Assembly (NCBI GenBank): GCA_964447595.1
Contig: CAYUTC010000001.1
Location: 1-40,731, forward strand
Direction of reading: 5' to 3'
Origin: an uncultured Nitrosopumilaceae archaeon
GTDB lineage: Archaea > Thermoproteota > Nitrososphaeria > Nitrososphaerales > Nitrosopumilaceae
Length of the DNA: 40,731 nt
Numbering within the stretch: the stretch's first letter is position 1; the number at the start of each line of letters is the position of its first letter. This document shows, piece after piece, positions 7,967-17,342 of the stretch. Both the position numbers and the translations under genes were made by a program. The notes below the pieces were generated by a model, which worked only from the letters and a program-made list of their open reading frames with translations, made no database searches and was not told where the DNA came from.

Positions 7967-8381
7967 CTGCTCAGATACGTAATTCTTCAGAGCAATGCGA
8001 AGCATCAAGGTGGTAATTTAGGATAAATCTAAATATGTTAGTCAGATCAAAGATCGCAATGTCAGGGGGCTCACGCAACACTCCCCATATCGCGTGAAAA
8101 TCAGTTCCATGCCCCTTGGCATTTTGTTATCGATATCAATAAAACAACATGGATATAACATTACCGCTTTGCAAATTTTGAAAAATCATATTTTAAAAAT
8201 TGATGACGATCATCGGCGTTTTGGTGATAAGGTTCTTCTTTGGACATTTTATTTTTTTAAAATAAATTCAATTTCCGATTGACAATTGATCATAATTTAT
8301 ACAGCATTTTTTGGAAATTTCAATTAAACATTTTACCAAGTCATCAAGTTCTTATACAGAATTTACTTGTGTGTGATTACA

Positions 8382-8549
8382 TTGAACTTGAGATGCAACA
8401 TATGTTCCCAAGATATTGATGAAAAAGAGATTGAAAATCATGTAAAAACCGCGCTTCATCAAAAGAACAAGGAAAAAATTTCCAGTTCAGATACCAAAGA
8501 TTCTGGGAACAGCGTAGTTAAAACATGGCAAGAATCCATACGGGAATAA
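8382..8549 (+). CDS. Small C2H2-type zinc-finger protein
   Basis: C-N-I-C...H-V-K-T-A-L-H spacing. Start is uncertain (8367 or the TTG at 8382; a TTATA box near 8352 favours 8382). Confidence 0.65.
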   Translation: MNLRCNICSQDIDEKEIENHVKTALHQKNKEKISSSDTKDSGNSVVKTWQESIRE

Positions 8550-8571
8550 CTACATAAAGAAAAAAGAGAAA

Positions 8572-8826
8572 TTATTTGAATTTCTTTTTTACTTGATTTA
8601 CTTGAAGCATCTCATCTTTGAGATGTTTTCTCAAAAGAGCCTCATGTTGTCTCTTGTGTCTCCAATATAGATTCATTACTGCTTGTCTTGATCTGGCCCT
8701 TTTTATTGCAGTAGTGTATTTTCGATGGCTGCTGTCAACTTCACGAAAATATGACTTGCTGTTTGGCGTAACCATGGGATGATTGACGATCCAAAGTAGA
8801 TAACCTTTACGATCCCCTGTGGGCAC
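8572..8826 (-). CDS. Hypothetical small basic helical protein
   Basis: 84-aa ATG-initiated ORF 3 nt downstream of the methyltransferase on the same strand; K/R/H-rich. Confidence 0.65.
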   Translation of the reverse strand: MPTGDRKGYLLWIVNHPMVTPNSKSYFREVDSSHRKYTTAIKRARSRQAVMNLYWRHKRQHEALLRKHLKDEMLQVNQVKKKFK

Positions 8827-8829
8827 TGC

Positions 8830-9678
8830 TCACCTGTCAAGTGGTTTTGGATATTTCCAATTAGGAACAAGCTGCAGCTTGCGAAGTGCCGGGGGTTCAA
8901 GTGTTCTCTTTTTTGCAATCTTGACATATTTTGCAGACCTGTCAACTCCAATGTATTGTCGTTTTAGAAATCTAGCCATCTTCGTTGTTTGTCCACTCCC
9001 GACAAATGGATCTAAAACTAAATCGCCAATGTTGCTGTATAGCTGAATCAAGCGGTATGGTATCTCTTCAGGAAATGCAGCAGGGTGAAACCTTCTATAG
9101 CTCGGTGGAACAGGTGCAATATGCCAGACAGAATTTGCCATTTCTTTTTTCATGATGTCATTTATTGCAAGCTTGCTTTTTTTGTCTTTGACATTATGAA
9201 ATGGCATCTTTCGTAAAATAATTATCTGCTCATGCATGATATTTGGATAATAGTATGTCGGATATGGATGCTGTACAGTGACTCGAAATCGTTTTTTTCC
9301 TCCAGTTACTTTGTTCCAGATTATCTCTTCAAAAAATTTCCATCCAATTTCCTTTCTGGTTAGCTCAACTAGTAACATGGCAGGCAATGGCAGTTTGATT
9401 TTGTCTTCTACTATTTCATTTCCAATCACAATGCAACAGTAGCCACCAGTTTTAGTTACCTCGTAAACTTGAGAGAACACTTGTTTCATCTCTTCAAGCC
9501 AACTCTCAACTGACACTCCAACTGTTCCACGATACCATTTTTGACTTGTCTGATGGTCACTATAGTTTATTGCGTTATGGTATGGTGGAGATGTTACAGT
9601 TAAAGATACAGTGTTTTTTCTAATATTAGAAAGATCTCTTGAGTCATGTATCACTATAGAATTTGGTTTCCACACCAC
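8830..9678 (-). CDS. Site-specific DNA methyltransferase, N4/N6 family, beta class (SPPY suggests N4-cytosine)
   Basis: Motif IV VTSPPY precedes motif I VLDPFVGSGQT; also HPAAFPEEIP and IIWNK. Confidence 0.9.
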   Translation of the reverse strand: MVWKPNSIVIHDSRDLSNIRKNTVSLTVTSPPYHNAINYSDHQTSQKWYRGTVGVSVESWLEEMKQVFSQVYEVTKTGGYCCIVIGNEIVEDKIKLPLPAMLLVELTRKEIGWKFFEEIIWNKVTGGKKRFRVTVQHPYPTYYYPNIMHEQIIILRKMPFHNVKDKKSKLAINDIMKKEMANSVWHIAPVPPSYRRFHPAAFPEEIPYRLIQLYSNIGDLVLDPFVGSGQTTKMARFLKRQYIGVDRSAKYVKIAKKRTLEPPALRKLQLVPNWKYPKPLDR

Positions 9679-9806
9679 TTTCCTAAATTATTTTAATATT
9701 TAATATTGTAGGAAATTGATTTTGCATAAGTTTACACCATGCCATACAGTAGATCAAAGAAAAACGGCTAAAACATGTTCTCTTTGAAAACATGTTTTAG
9801 ACAGTC

Positions 9807-10103
9807 TTATGCATTTTTCCTTACTTCAATTTCTATAGTGGAGACGTTCCTTGTTCTTCCATCCAGTGATTGAAGTTGTTCAGAACCAATTTTTGTTTCT
9901 CCTATAGAATATCCGGAATTTTCAGTCCTTCGTGCAATTATTTGTGCAACATCTACGGCTCTGCCTATGCTAAGTCCCCGTGCTTTTATTGACACCTTTG
10001 GGTGATTAGCAAGCTGTATGAGTGCAGATGTCACATATGCCATCAGTGGCTTTTTTCCTATGAAGACTGTGTCTTTTGCTTCCGGTCTTGTCTCTGCGCT
10101 CAT
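9807..10103 (-). CDS. albA: Alba DNA/RNA-binding chromatin protein
   Basis: FIGKKPLMAYV, IKARGLSIGRAVDVA, RNVSTIEI. Confidence 0.95.
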   Translation of the reverse strand: MSAETRPEAKDTVFIGKKPLMAYVTSALIQLANHPKVSIKARGLSIGRAVDVAQIIARRTENSGYSIGETKIGSEQLQSLDGRTRNVSTIEIEVRKNA

Positions 10104-10257
10104 GTTACTTTCAGGTTATGATCGTTTCATAAAAGTTTCTTTAAAAAACATCAAGAAAACCTAATTGACGTGCAGCCTACGACAATTTTTTAGATCTGAT
10201 AATCAGTAACAATTGTATGCTAATCTAAATATACTAGTGAAATGTACCCGTTCCTAG

Positions 10258-10557
10258 ATGGCAAATCAAAAACTACACTTTGGATTGATTGCAGTAGCAC
10301 TGTCATCCATAATGGTCTTTGCAGTAGCATTACCTGCTGCAAATGCATTGACGCCAAGAAACTTTGAGTACCTTCAAGACAATCATAAAACAGAGATGTA
10401 CCCAGGCGGACAACATGTCTGCGGCGACCACCTGTGTTCAGCCGATGACTGGGGAAAGATGAAACAGGCATTACGTACAGCACAGAGGGATTCAAGTTCA
10501 TGCACTCAGTTAAAAGAATGGAAGCCGTGTGGCTCCAATACCAAGTCAGGTCAGTAA
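10258..10557 (+). CDS. Small secreted protein with HxCGDHLC motif
   Basis: N-terminal hydrophobic signal peptide ending in A-N-A, then LTPR...DNH...HVCGDHLC...W; paralogous to 21341..21949. Confidence 0.8.
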   Translation: MANQKLHFGLIAVALSSIMVFAVALPAANALTPRNFEYLQDNHKTEMYPGGQHVCGDHLCSADDWGKMKQALRTAQRDSSSCTQLKEWKPCGSNTKSGQ

Positions 10558-10580
10558 AATAACCAAAACAAACCAATAGA

Positions 10581-11255
10581 ATGACCGATAAGACTTGTGT
10601 AACAATTGGTGTTTCTAGCCCTGCAAAGCTCAAAAATGATCTAGTAAGAGCGCTTGCCAAATCCGATTACGCAGAACTAAGACTTGATTTTTTAAAACCT
10701 GTTCAGATTCCTGATTGCCTACATCTAGTTAAAAAATATCTAAAAAGGTGCATCTGTACCCTTAGACCAAAATCAGAGGGAGGAAAATTTTCAGGCAGTG
10801 AAAAGGAAAGAATTTCCATATTGAAGCTTATTGCAGAATTTGATCCATATCTTCTTGATGTTGAATACAACACTTTGAAAAACAAAACTGAGCTGTATCG
10901 ATTTTTCAAGAGCCGAAAAGTGAATCTACTTGTATCATGGCATGACTTTGCTAGGACTCCAAATAAGAAAACACTGGAGAAAATGTCTAGGAAAATGTTA
11001 CGATTTTCAAAAAACGTCAAGATAGTTACTACGGCAAAGGCAATTAATGACACGGTACGAATACTATCTCTATACAGAAAGACACCAAAATCAGTAAACC
11101 TGATTGCATTTTCCATGGGAGATTATGGCAGGATGTCACGAATTCTTTGCACCAAGCTTGGCAGTCCCTTTACATACGTATCACTTGAAAAACCAATAGC
11201 TCCAGGCCAGTTCAGCATAGATGAAATGCAGTCAATCTTTAATTTACAAAAATAA
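10581..11255 (+). CDS. aroD: Type I 3-dehydroquinate dehydratase
   Basis: AELRLD, TLRPKSEGG, DVE, VSWHDF, KIV, FSMG..G..SR, APGQ. Confidence 0.95.
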   Translation: MTDKTCVTIGVSSPAKLKNDLVRALAKSDYAELRLDFLKPVQIPDCLHLVKKYLKRCICTLRPKSEGGKFSGSEKERISILKLIAEFDPYLLDVEYNTLKNKTELYRFFKSRKVNLLVSWHDFARTPNKKTLEKMSRKMLRFSKNVKIVTTAKAINDTVRILSLYRKTPKSVNLIAFSMGDYGRMSRILCTKLGSPFTYVSLEKPIAPGQFSIDEMQSIFNLQK

Positions 11256-11287
11256 AAGCATCCAATTTTTTGGCAGAGATGAAAAAG

Positions 11288-11521
11288 TTAACAGCTTTGA
11301 AGATGTCTTTGCATGAAATCAGATTCAGCTTTCTTAATTCTTGCAGAGTCTGCTACATCAAAAGCCATGTCAATCAAACTGTCTTTGTTCATGTCAGGTA
11401 CAAGACGGTCCTCTGGGTCTAATCTAAGAGACGAGTCCACAGTCACCAACACGTCAATGTTTTCGTCAAATATCTTGATACAGTCTTGTACAATGCATGA
11501 CAAATCGTCGTTATTTGACAT
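11288..11521 (-). CDS. Hypothetical acidic protein
   Basis: 77-aa ATG ORF filling the intergenic gap; no recognisable motif. Confidence 0.45.
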   Translation of the reverse strand: MSNNDDLSCIVQDCIKIFDENIDVLVTVDSSLRLDPEDRLVPDMNKDSLIDMAFDVADSARIKKAESDFMQRHLQSC

Positions 11522-11618
11522 GTTATCACAAATTCATTTTGTATTAATTAATCTATGTAATATACGAGCAGTTACAGTACATAGATGAGACTTATTATAA
11601 AACATCTGCTAATAACAT

Positions 11619-11903
11619 GTGATGAACATCAAACAAATTGGCAATAACGTGCCACGTAATGTTTTCATCCTAGCTATTGCAGTATCGATAGTTTTAGGAT
11701 TATTTCGCATGATACCATTTCTCATCCTTGTCTGGGTTGTTTCAATAGCGTATATTGCAGTATACCAGTATCGTGGTACAAAAAACATAGGAGCAAATTT
11801 TGTTTGCCTTGACTGTGCTACTATTCATCAGCAAAATAATTGTCCAAAATGCGGTTCCAAGCTAAAAAAATATTATTCTGGAAATAATCGATACGGAGTA
11901 TGA
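11619..11903 (+). CDS. Small membrane protein with C-terminal zinc ribbon
   Basis: Two hydrophobic segments followed by CLDC...CPKCGS; TTATAAA box upstream. Confidence 0.7.
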   Translation: MMNIKQIGNNVPRNVFILAIAVSIVLGLFRMIPFLILVWVVSIAYIAVYQYRGTKNIGANFVCLDCATIHQQNNCPKCGSKLKKYYSGNNRYGV

Positions 11904-11959
11904 AAAATTTTCTTGCATCAGCAATTCCTTAAATCATCATAAAAAGGAACTAGAGTGCA

Positions 11960-12781
11960 ATGACAAAGACATATGCAGTCATAGGCGATCCAATCGATCA
12001 TTCCCTGTCACCTGCCATTCATAATGCTGCATTTTTGTTCCTAAGACTGGATTGTACCTATATTGCATACAGAATTGCAAAAGGTGAACTTGAACAGGGA
12101 GTGGAATCCCTCAAAAAGGTTGGCATTTCCGGCTTTAACGTAACCATACCACACAAAGTTGACATGATGAAATATCTTGACGAAGCAGACGAGCAATGCC
12201 AGTTAATTGGAGCAACAAATACTGTTCTAAATGACAACGGGAATTTGAAGGGCTTTAACACAGATTTAGAAGGCTTTCTTGATCCCATAAAAAAGAGAAA
12301 TATTGATTGCAAAAACGTTGACGTGCTGCTAATTGGAGCAGGGGGCGCAGCAAGGGCCATTGTTGGTGCTTTTGCAAAAGAGAAAACACGCAAGATAACT
12401 GTTGCAAATAGGACAAAGGAGAGAGCAGACAGCATCATAAGATTTGCCAAACAGTTAGGAATGCAATCTGATTATTCTGATCTGGTTCAAGCAGGAGAGA
12501 TAGCTGGCAATTACAAGTTTATAGTAAATGCTACATCTGTTGGCCTCAAAGGAACCGAGAGTCCAATTTCAGTGAAAAAAATCAACAAAAATTCCATCGT
12601 ATATGACATTGTATACATGCCGGTGGAAACTCCTTTTATTCAACAGTCAAAAAACCAAGGCGCGACCATCATATATGGTTGGGAGATGCTTCTTGCTCAA
12701 GCAATGAAATCATTTGAGATTTGGATTGGCAAGCCTGCACCATATGAGGCAATGAAGCTAACTTTGCTTGGGAGATTTTAG
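11960..12781 (+). CDS. aroE: Shikimate dehydrogenase
   Basis: GDPIDHSLSP, GFNVTIPHK, GATNT, NTD, GAGGAARA, NATSVG, YDIVY. Confidence 0.97.
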   Translation: MTKTYAVIGDPIDHSLSPAIHNAAFLFLRLDCTYIAYRIAKGELEQGVESLKKVGISGFNVTIPHKVDMMKYLDEADEQCQLIGATNTVLNDNGNLKGFNTDLEGFLDPIKKRNIDCKNVDVLLIGAGGAARAIVGAFAKEKTRKITVANRTKERADSIIRFAKQLGMQSDYSDLVQAGEIAGNYKFIVNATSVGLKGTESPISVKKINKNSIVYDIVYMPVETPFIQQSKNQGATIIYGWEMLLAQAMKSFEIWIGKPAPYEAMKLTLLGRF

Positions 12782-12783
12782 AG

Positions 12784-13638
12784 ATGACAACAGTAAAAGC
12801 AAGTATGCATGGTGCAGTGTCAATAGTAAATGCAATAGCAACAGGAAGGGGTGCAACACTCGGCATATCACTTGGAATCGAGGCAACAATTCAGACAGAA
12901 CCAGGCAGAGGAATTTTTTTTGAGAACAGAGAATCAAATCTCAGTGCAAGACTCATCAGGACAGTAATTGAGACAGCAGTACCACGACAAGAGTTGGAAC
13001 AAACCAAGATGAGAATATCTGTCAAGACTGACATACCTTCAGGTTATGGCCTTAAGAGCTCAAGTGCAATATCCTCTGTGATATCACTTGGTTGTGCAAA
13101 ACTTTTCAAACCAAAAGCAACGGATCTTGAAATTTTAAAAGATGGTGTTAATGCTTCGATACAATCCAAAGTAAGCATAACAGGAGCGTTTGATGATGCG
13201 TGCGCGTGTTATTTTGGAGGTTTTACTGTAACTGACAATACTAACATTAGAATAATAAAAACAGAAAAGGCTCCTGAAGACCTAGCAGCAGTAATATTTA
13301 TTCCAAGAGCTAGAAAAAGAGGAAATGTAAGAAAACTTGGAATCCTAAATAATGTATTTTCCCAGGCGTGGGATCTTGCATCAAGATCAGATTATTGGAA
13401 TGCAATGATACTAAATGGTCTTGCTACCTCTGCCATCCTTGGTTCTGACCCGAAAATTATCACTGATCTAATGGAAAGTGGGGCATTGGGTGCTTCGGTT
13501 TCAGGCAATGGTCCTGCCATAGCAGCAGTAGCCAAAAATGATAGAGTTTCAAGCGTCAGGAAAGTCTTTTCTTCATTAGAAGGAACCACCCTAGTCTCAC
13601 CTGTCAACAACAAAAAGGCCGAAGTTCATGAAGTGTAA
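12784..13638 (+). CDS. aroK: Archaeal shikimate kinase (GHMP family)
   Basis: GAVSIVNAIATG, IPSGYGLKSSSA, TGAFDDACA, SGNGPA. Confidence 0.95.
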   Translation: MTTVKASMHGAVSIVNAIATGRGATLGISLGIEATIQTEPGRGIFFENRESNLSARLIRTVIETAVPRQELEQTKMRISVKTDIPSGYGLKSSSAISSVISLGCAKLFKPKATDLEILKDGVNASIQSKVSITGAFDDACACYFGGFTVTDNTNIRIIKTEKAPEDLAAVIFIPRARKRGNVRKLGILNNVFSQAWDLASRSDYWNAMILNGLATSAILGSDPKIITDLMESGALGASVSGNGPAIAAVAKNDRVSSVRKVFSSLEGTTLVSPVNNKKAEVHEV

Positions 13639-14890
13639 GATAGCAAAGTCAGAATTATCAGGAACTATTTCTTGTCCACCAAACAAAAGTTATACACATC
13701 GTGCAATCTTTCTTGCATCACTAGCAAAGGGGAAAAGCACGATAAGAAATGTTTTGCTTTCCCGAGATACCATTGCGACAATTAACGCATGCAAAGTATT
13801 TGGAGTAAAGATTGACTCTAATGATTCCACATTAATCATAGAAGGTTCAGGTAAGATAGAGCCTACAGGTGAAGACATAGATGCGTCAAATTCTGGAACA
13901 ACAATTAGGATATCTGCTGCACTGGCCTCTCTTTCTGAGAAAAAGATTTCACTCACTGGAGACTCTAGCCTGAGAAAAAGACCCATGCAACCCTTGCTTG
14001 ATGCTCTTGAAAAGCTTGGAGCAAAGTGTACTTCAACTGGGGGAACACCACCAATTACAGTAAAAGGAAAAATTCGTGGTGGAGAGACTAAGATTTCAGG
14101 CGCAGTATCAAGCCAGTTTATCTCTGCATTATTGATTACAGCACCAAAAACTGAACAGGGAATCACATTACAAATTGACGGAGAAATGGTTTCAAAGCCA
14201 TATCTTGATGCCACGGTTGCAATCATGAAGGAGTTTGGTGTCAATGTCAATGTACAAAGTCCATACAAGAAGTACAACATACCAAAACAAGATTACAAAC
14301 CAATTGACTTTACAGTGCCAACAGATTTTTCAAGCATGGCACTTCTTCTTTCAGCATCAGTTCTAGTAGGCAAGAATATGTCAATTATTGCACCTGTAGG
14401 GAATCTGCCCCAAGGAGACAAGGAAATGATTTCTTTCTTAGAAAGGCTTGGAGTGTTGGTAACTTTGGGCAATACTGTTCAGGTACAATCGCCACCGCTT
14501 CTAAAGGGCGGTAGGTTTGATCTTTCAAATACACCAGATTTGCTTCCACCATTGGCAATTTTGTCACTCAAGACATCAAAACCAATTGAGATCTATAACG
14601 TAAAGCATGCACGATTCAAAGAAACAGACAGGATAGCAATTCTTGCAAGAGAGCTTGCAAAACTTGGAGTAGGGGTTATCGAAAAGGAAGATGGATTAAT
14701 TCTTGATGCACCCAAGGTTATGAATAAAGCAGACTTGGATTCTGCAGATGACCATAGATTGTTTATGGCATTTTGCATAGCTGCAATGGTAATAGGGGAC
14801 TGTACAGTCACAGACGCTGAATCTGTAGATGTATCATATCCAACCTTTATTCAAGACATGAATAGAATTGGCGCCAAAATTCAGATGTGA
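13628..14890 (+). CDS. aroA: 3-phosphoshikimate 1-carboxyvinyltransferase (EPSP synthase)
   Basis: KSYTHRA, NSGTTIR, LRKRPM, SSQFISALL, KETDRI, DDHR, VSYP. Confidence 0.97.
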   Translation: MKCKIAKSELSGTISCPPNKSYTHRAIFLASLAKGKSTIRNVLLSRDTIATINACKVFGVKIDSNDSTLIIEGSGKIEPTGEDIDASNSGTTIRISAALASLSEKKISLTGDSSLRKRPMQPLLDALEKLGAKCTSTGGTPPITVKGKIRGGETKISGAVSSQFISALLITAPKTEQGITLQIDGEMVSKPYLDATVAIMKEFGVNVNVQSPYKKYNIPKQDYKPIDFTVPTDFSSMALLLSASVLVGKNMSIIAPVGNLPQGDKEMISFLERLGVLVTLGNTVQVQSPPLLKGGRFDLSNTPDLLPPLAILSLKTSKPIEIYNVKHARFKETDRIAILARELAKLGVGVIEKEDGLILDAPKVMNKADLDSADDHRLFMAFCIAAMVIGDCTVTDAESVDVSYPTFIQDMNRIGAKIQM

Positions 14891-14895
14891 AACCT

Positions 14896-15303
14896 TTAGC
14901 TCTTTGATTTTTTGACAATCTCGTCCCAGAGATTTTTTGGAACTGGCATCACGGAAAGCCTAGATATTCTCAAAAGCTCCCAGTCTTTGAATTTTTTATC
15001 TTTTTTTATATCATCAAGTGTTACAGGTTTTTTCAATCTTGATACAGGTTTTACATCTACTACAACAAACCTCTCATCATCTTCTTTTGGATTTGGATAT
15101 GAGTTTGTCACAATCTCTATTATTCCTACCACTTGCTTTTCATCTCCTGTATGGTAGAAAAATGCCATATCGCCTTTTTTCATTAAACGCATGTGTTTGA
15201 GAGCAAGATTGTTGTGCACTCCATCCCAAGTAGTTTTTTTGTCTCTTTCCAACAGGTCATAACTGTATGTTGTTGGTTCTTGTTTGACAAGCCAATGGTT
15301 CAC
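14896..15303 (-). CDS. EVE domain protein (PUA-like)
   Basis: HWLVKQEP, WDGVHN, MKKGD.AFFYHTG, RLSVMPV. Confidence 0.92.
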   Translation of the reverse strand: MNHWLVKQEPTTYSYDLLERDKKTTWDGVHNNLALKHMRLMKKGDMAFFYHTGDEKQVVGIIEIVTNSYPNPKEDDERFVVVDVKPVSRLKKPVTLDDIKKDKKFKDWELLRISRLSVMPVPKNLWDEIVKKSKS

Positions 15304-15325
15304 AAGTGTATCTTTGTTTTCAGGA

Positions 15326-16129
15326 TTATAGATTTTTCTTTGGCAAATCCTTTCTCATCAGATAAAAAAGTGATCTCTTGTCCAAAAATTTTGCTCGCAG
15401 CGTAATTTTGTCTTGAGTAAAAATTTGAATCCTCTCGCAGTTTAATTTGTAGGCCATGTTCTGAGCGTATCTTACAATGTCTATGATTCCAGTACTGGTG
15501 CCATTAGCATAGCCAATTTGAAAAACTTGGGAAAAATCACCAGATCTATTCCAAATTCCCACAGCAGAGATTTTTCCATTGGTATTAGATACCAGTATTC
15601 TTTTCTGGTCAACTAGTTTGCAAAGTTCATCGTTGTCCAATGGTAACCACTTCCACGAATCTACATATGTTGAAGAGTTTATCATGTGTTTTATCTGTGA
15701 AATGTTTCTTGCCACTTTAACACCAGAGTCTTGTTTTTCTGGAAGTGCAGAGTATAATCTCCAATTGTCTTCCAAGACATATTCCATTGACTTGGCTAGA
15801 GCAATAGAAGGATGGTTCTCACTCTCGATGATTAATCGAATTATTCTGGTTGGTGCAATAGATTCTGCATGTGTCAGCATCTGTTTTCCAAATCCACGTT
15901 GACGGTATTTTGGGTGTACCCTCATTCCTTCAATCCAAGTTTGCTTTTCATGCAATGCCATATTGTAAACTCCAATAACCTTTCCATTGACTTCCATTAC
16001 GTACAATCCGTCTTTTGACTGCCAGCTCTCCCAGACGTCTTCTATATAATCACCCCACGAAAACGTATTTTTGCAGAACTCTAGCACTGTAGTCTTGTCA
16101 CCAGTCTTGGCGCGACGAATTTTCATCAT
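15326..16129 (-). CDS. GNAT family N-acetyltransferase
   Basis: WGDYI, WIEGMRVHPKYRQRGFG (motif A), N.PSIAL. Confidence 0.85.
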   Translation of the reverse strand: MMKIRRAKTGDKTTVLEFCKNTFSWGDYIEDVWESWQSKDGLYVMEVNGKVIGVYNMALHEKQTWIEGMRVHPKYRQRGFGKQMLTHAESIAPTRIIRLIIESENHPSIALAKSMEYVLEDNWRLYSALPEKQDSGVKVARNISQIKHMINSSTYVDSWKWLPLDNDELCKLVDQKRILVSNTNGKISAVGIWNRSGDFSQVFQIGYANGTSTGIIDIVRYAQNMAYKLNCERIQIFTQDKITLRAKFLDKRSLFYLMRKDLPKKNL

Positions 16130-16241
16130 GTAATTGAGACAGTTACTGAATTATCTAATTTTGTATTTGTGGCGTCTAGATTTCATCTAAAGGCAGACCA
16201 ATTCCTAGAAGGATTATAAGCATCTAAAAGAAAATTTTATC

Positions 16242-17339
16242 ATGTCGTCAAGTTCAATCGGGCAGCGATTTGTATTTACAAGCTTTGGCGAAAGCCATGG
16301 CAGGTGTGTAGGAGCTGTAGTAGACGGGTGTCCTGCTGGTCTAGAGCTTGAAGAAAAAGATATTCAAAAAATGCTTGACCTTCGCAAGCCTGGCCAGTCT
16401 ATTGTAACAACGCAAAGAAAAGAAGATGACAAGGTGGAAATTCTTTCAGGCGTATTTCGAGGATATACTACTGGTGCTCCAATTACAATGATAATTTGGA
16501 ACAAGGATCAGCATTCGCGTGACTATGAAAATCTGATCTTGAAACCGAGGCCTGGCCATTCTGATTATCCAGCATATATCAAGTACAAAGGACTCAATGA
16601 CTACCGTGGAGGTGGAAGGTTCTCGGGAAGACTCACGGCTACGTTTGTAATGGCAGGCGCCATAGCAAGAAAACTTCTTACCCAAACACTTGGAATTGAA
16701 ACATACTCTTACACTTGCCAAATAGGAAAAATAAGTATGAAAGAACAAGCCACGTCAAAAATGAAGAAAACAATTTACAGCAATGAAGTAAGGTGTCCTG
16801 ATGTAAAAATGGCACAAAAAATGCGAGATATTATACTTGCAGCCAGAAGAAGCGGTGACTCGGTTGGTGGAGTCATAGAATCCATTACTACCAATCTTCC
16901 AGTAGGTCTTGGCGAGCCAATCTTTGGTTCTCTAGAATCTGATCTTAGCAAAGCCTTGTTTTCCATTCCAGCAGTCAAGGGCGTGGAATTTGGTTCTGGC
17001 TTTATCGGTTCAACACTTTATGGCTCAAAAAATAACGATGAATACATAATAAAAAATGGCAAAATAGTTACCAAAACAAACAACGCAGGAGGAATATTGG
17101 GCGGATTATCCACAGGTATGCCGCTTGTACTAAGAGTTGCATTCAAACCTGCCTCATCTATTGCCAAAAAGCAGCATACTATTGATATCAAGACCAAAAA
17201 GCCAGCATCTTTGGTAGTGCAAGGAAGGCACGACCCCTGTGTGGTTCCTCGTGCACCGCCTGTTGTTGATTCGTTAGTCTCAGTTGTGCTCGCAGACCAT
17301 GCCTTAAGATCAGGTTTCATACCACCAGTGGTACAGTAA
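16242..17339 (+). CDS. aroC: Chorismate synthase
   Basis: FGESHG, PRPGHSD, GGGRFSGRLTA, SIPAVKGVEFG, GGILGG, GRHDPC. Confidence 0.97.
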   Translation: MSSSSIGQRFVFTSFGESHGRCVGAVVDGCPAGLELEEKDIQKMLDLRKPGQSIVTTQRKEDDKVEILSGVFRGYTTGAPITMIIWNKDQHSRDYENLILKPRPGHSDYPAYIKYKGLNDYRGGGRFSGRLTATFVMAGAIARKLLTQTLGIETYSYTCQIGKISMKEQATSKMKKTIYSNEVRCPDVKMAQKMRDIILAARRSGDSVGGVIESITTNLPVGLGEPIFGSLESDLSKALFSIPAVKGVEFGSGFIGSTLYGSKNNDEYIIKNGKIVTKTNNAGGILGGLSTGMPLVLRVAFKPASSIAKKQHTIDIKTKKPASLVVQGRHDPCVVPRAPPVVDSLVSVVLADHALRSGFIPPVVQ

Positions 17340-17342
17340 GAA

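Noticed and set aside
8094-8282. 62-aa + strand ORF in the aroB' downstream gap
   Set aside because: No motif, AT-rich low-information sequence and overlaps the structured element; unsupported.
9770-9798. Repeated AAAACATGTT(TT) palindromic words downstream of albA
   Set aside because: Short and AT-rich; may be a terminator hairpin or chance, and cannot be supported further.
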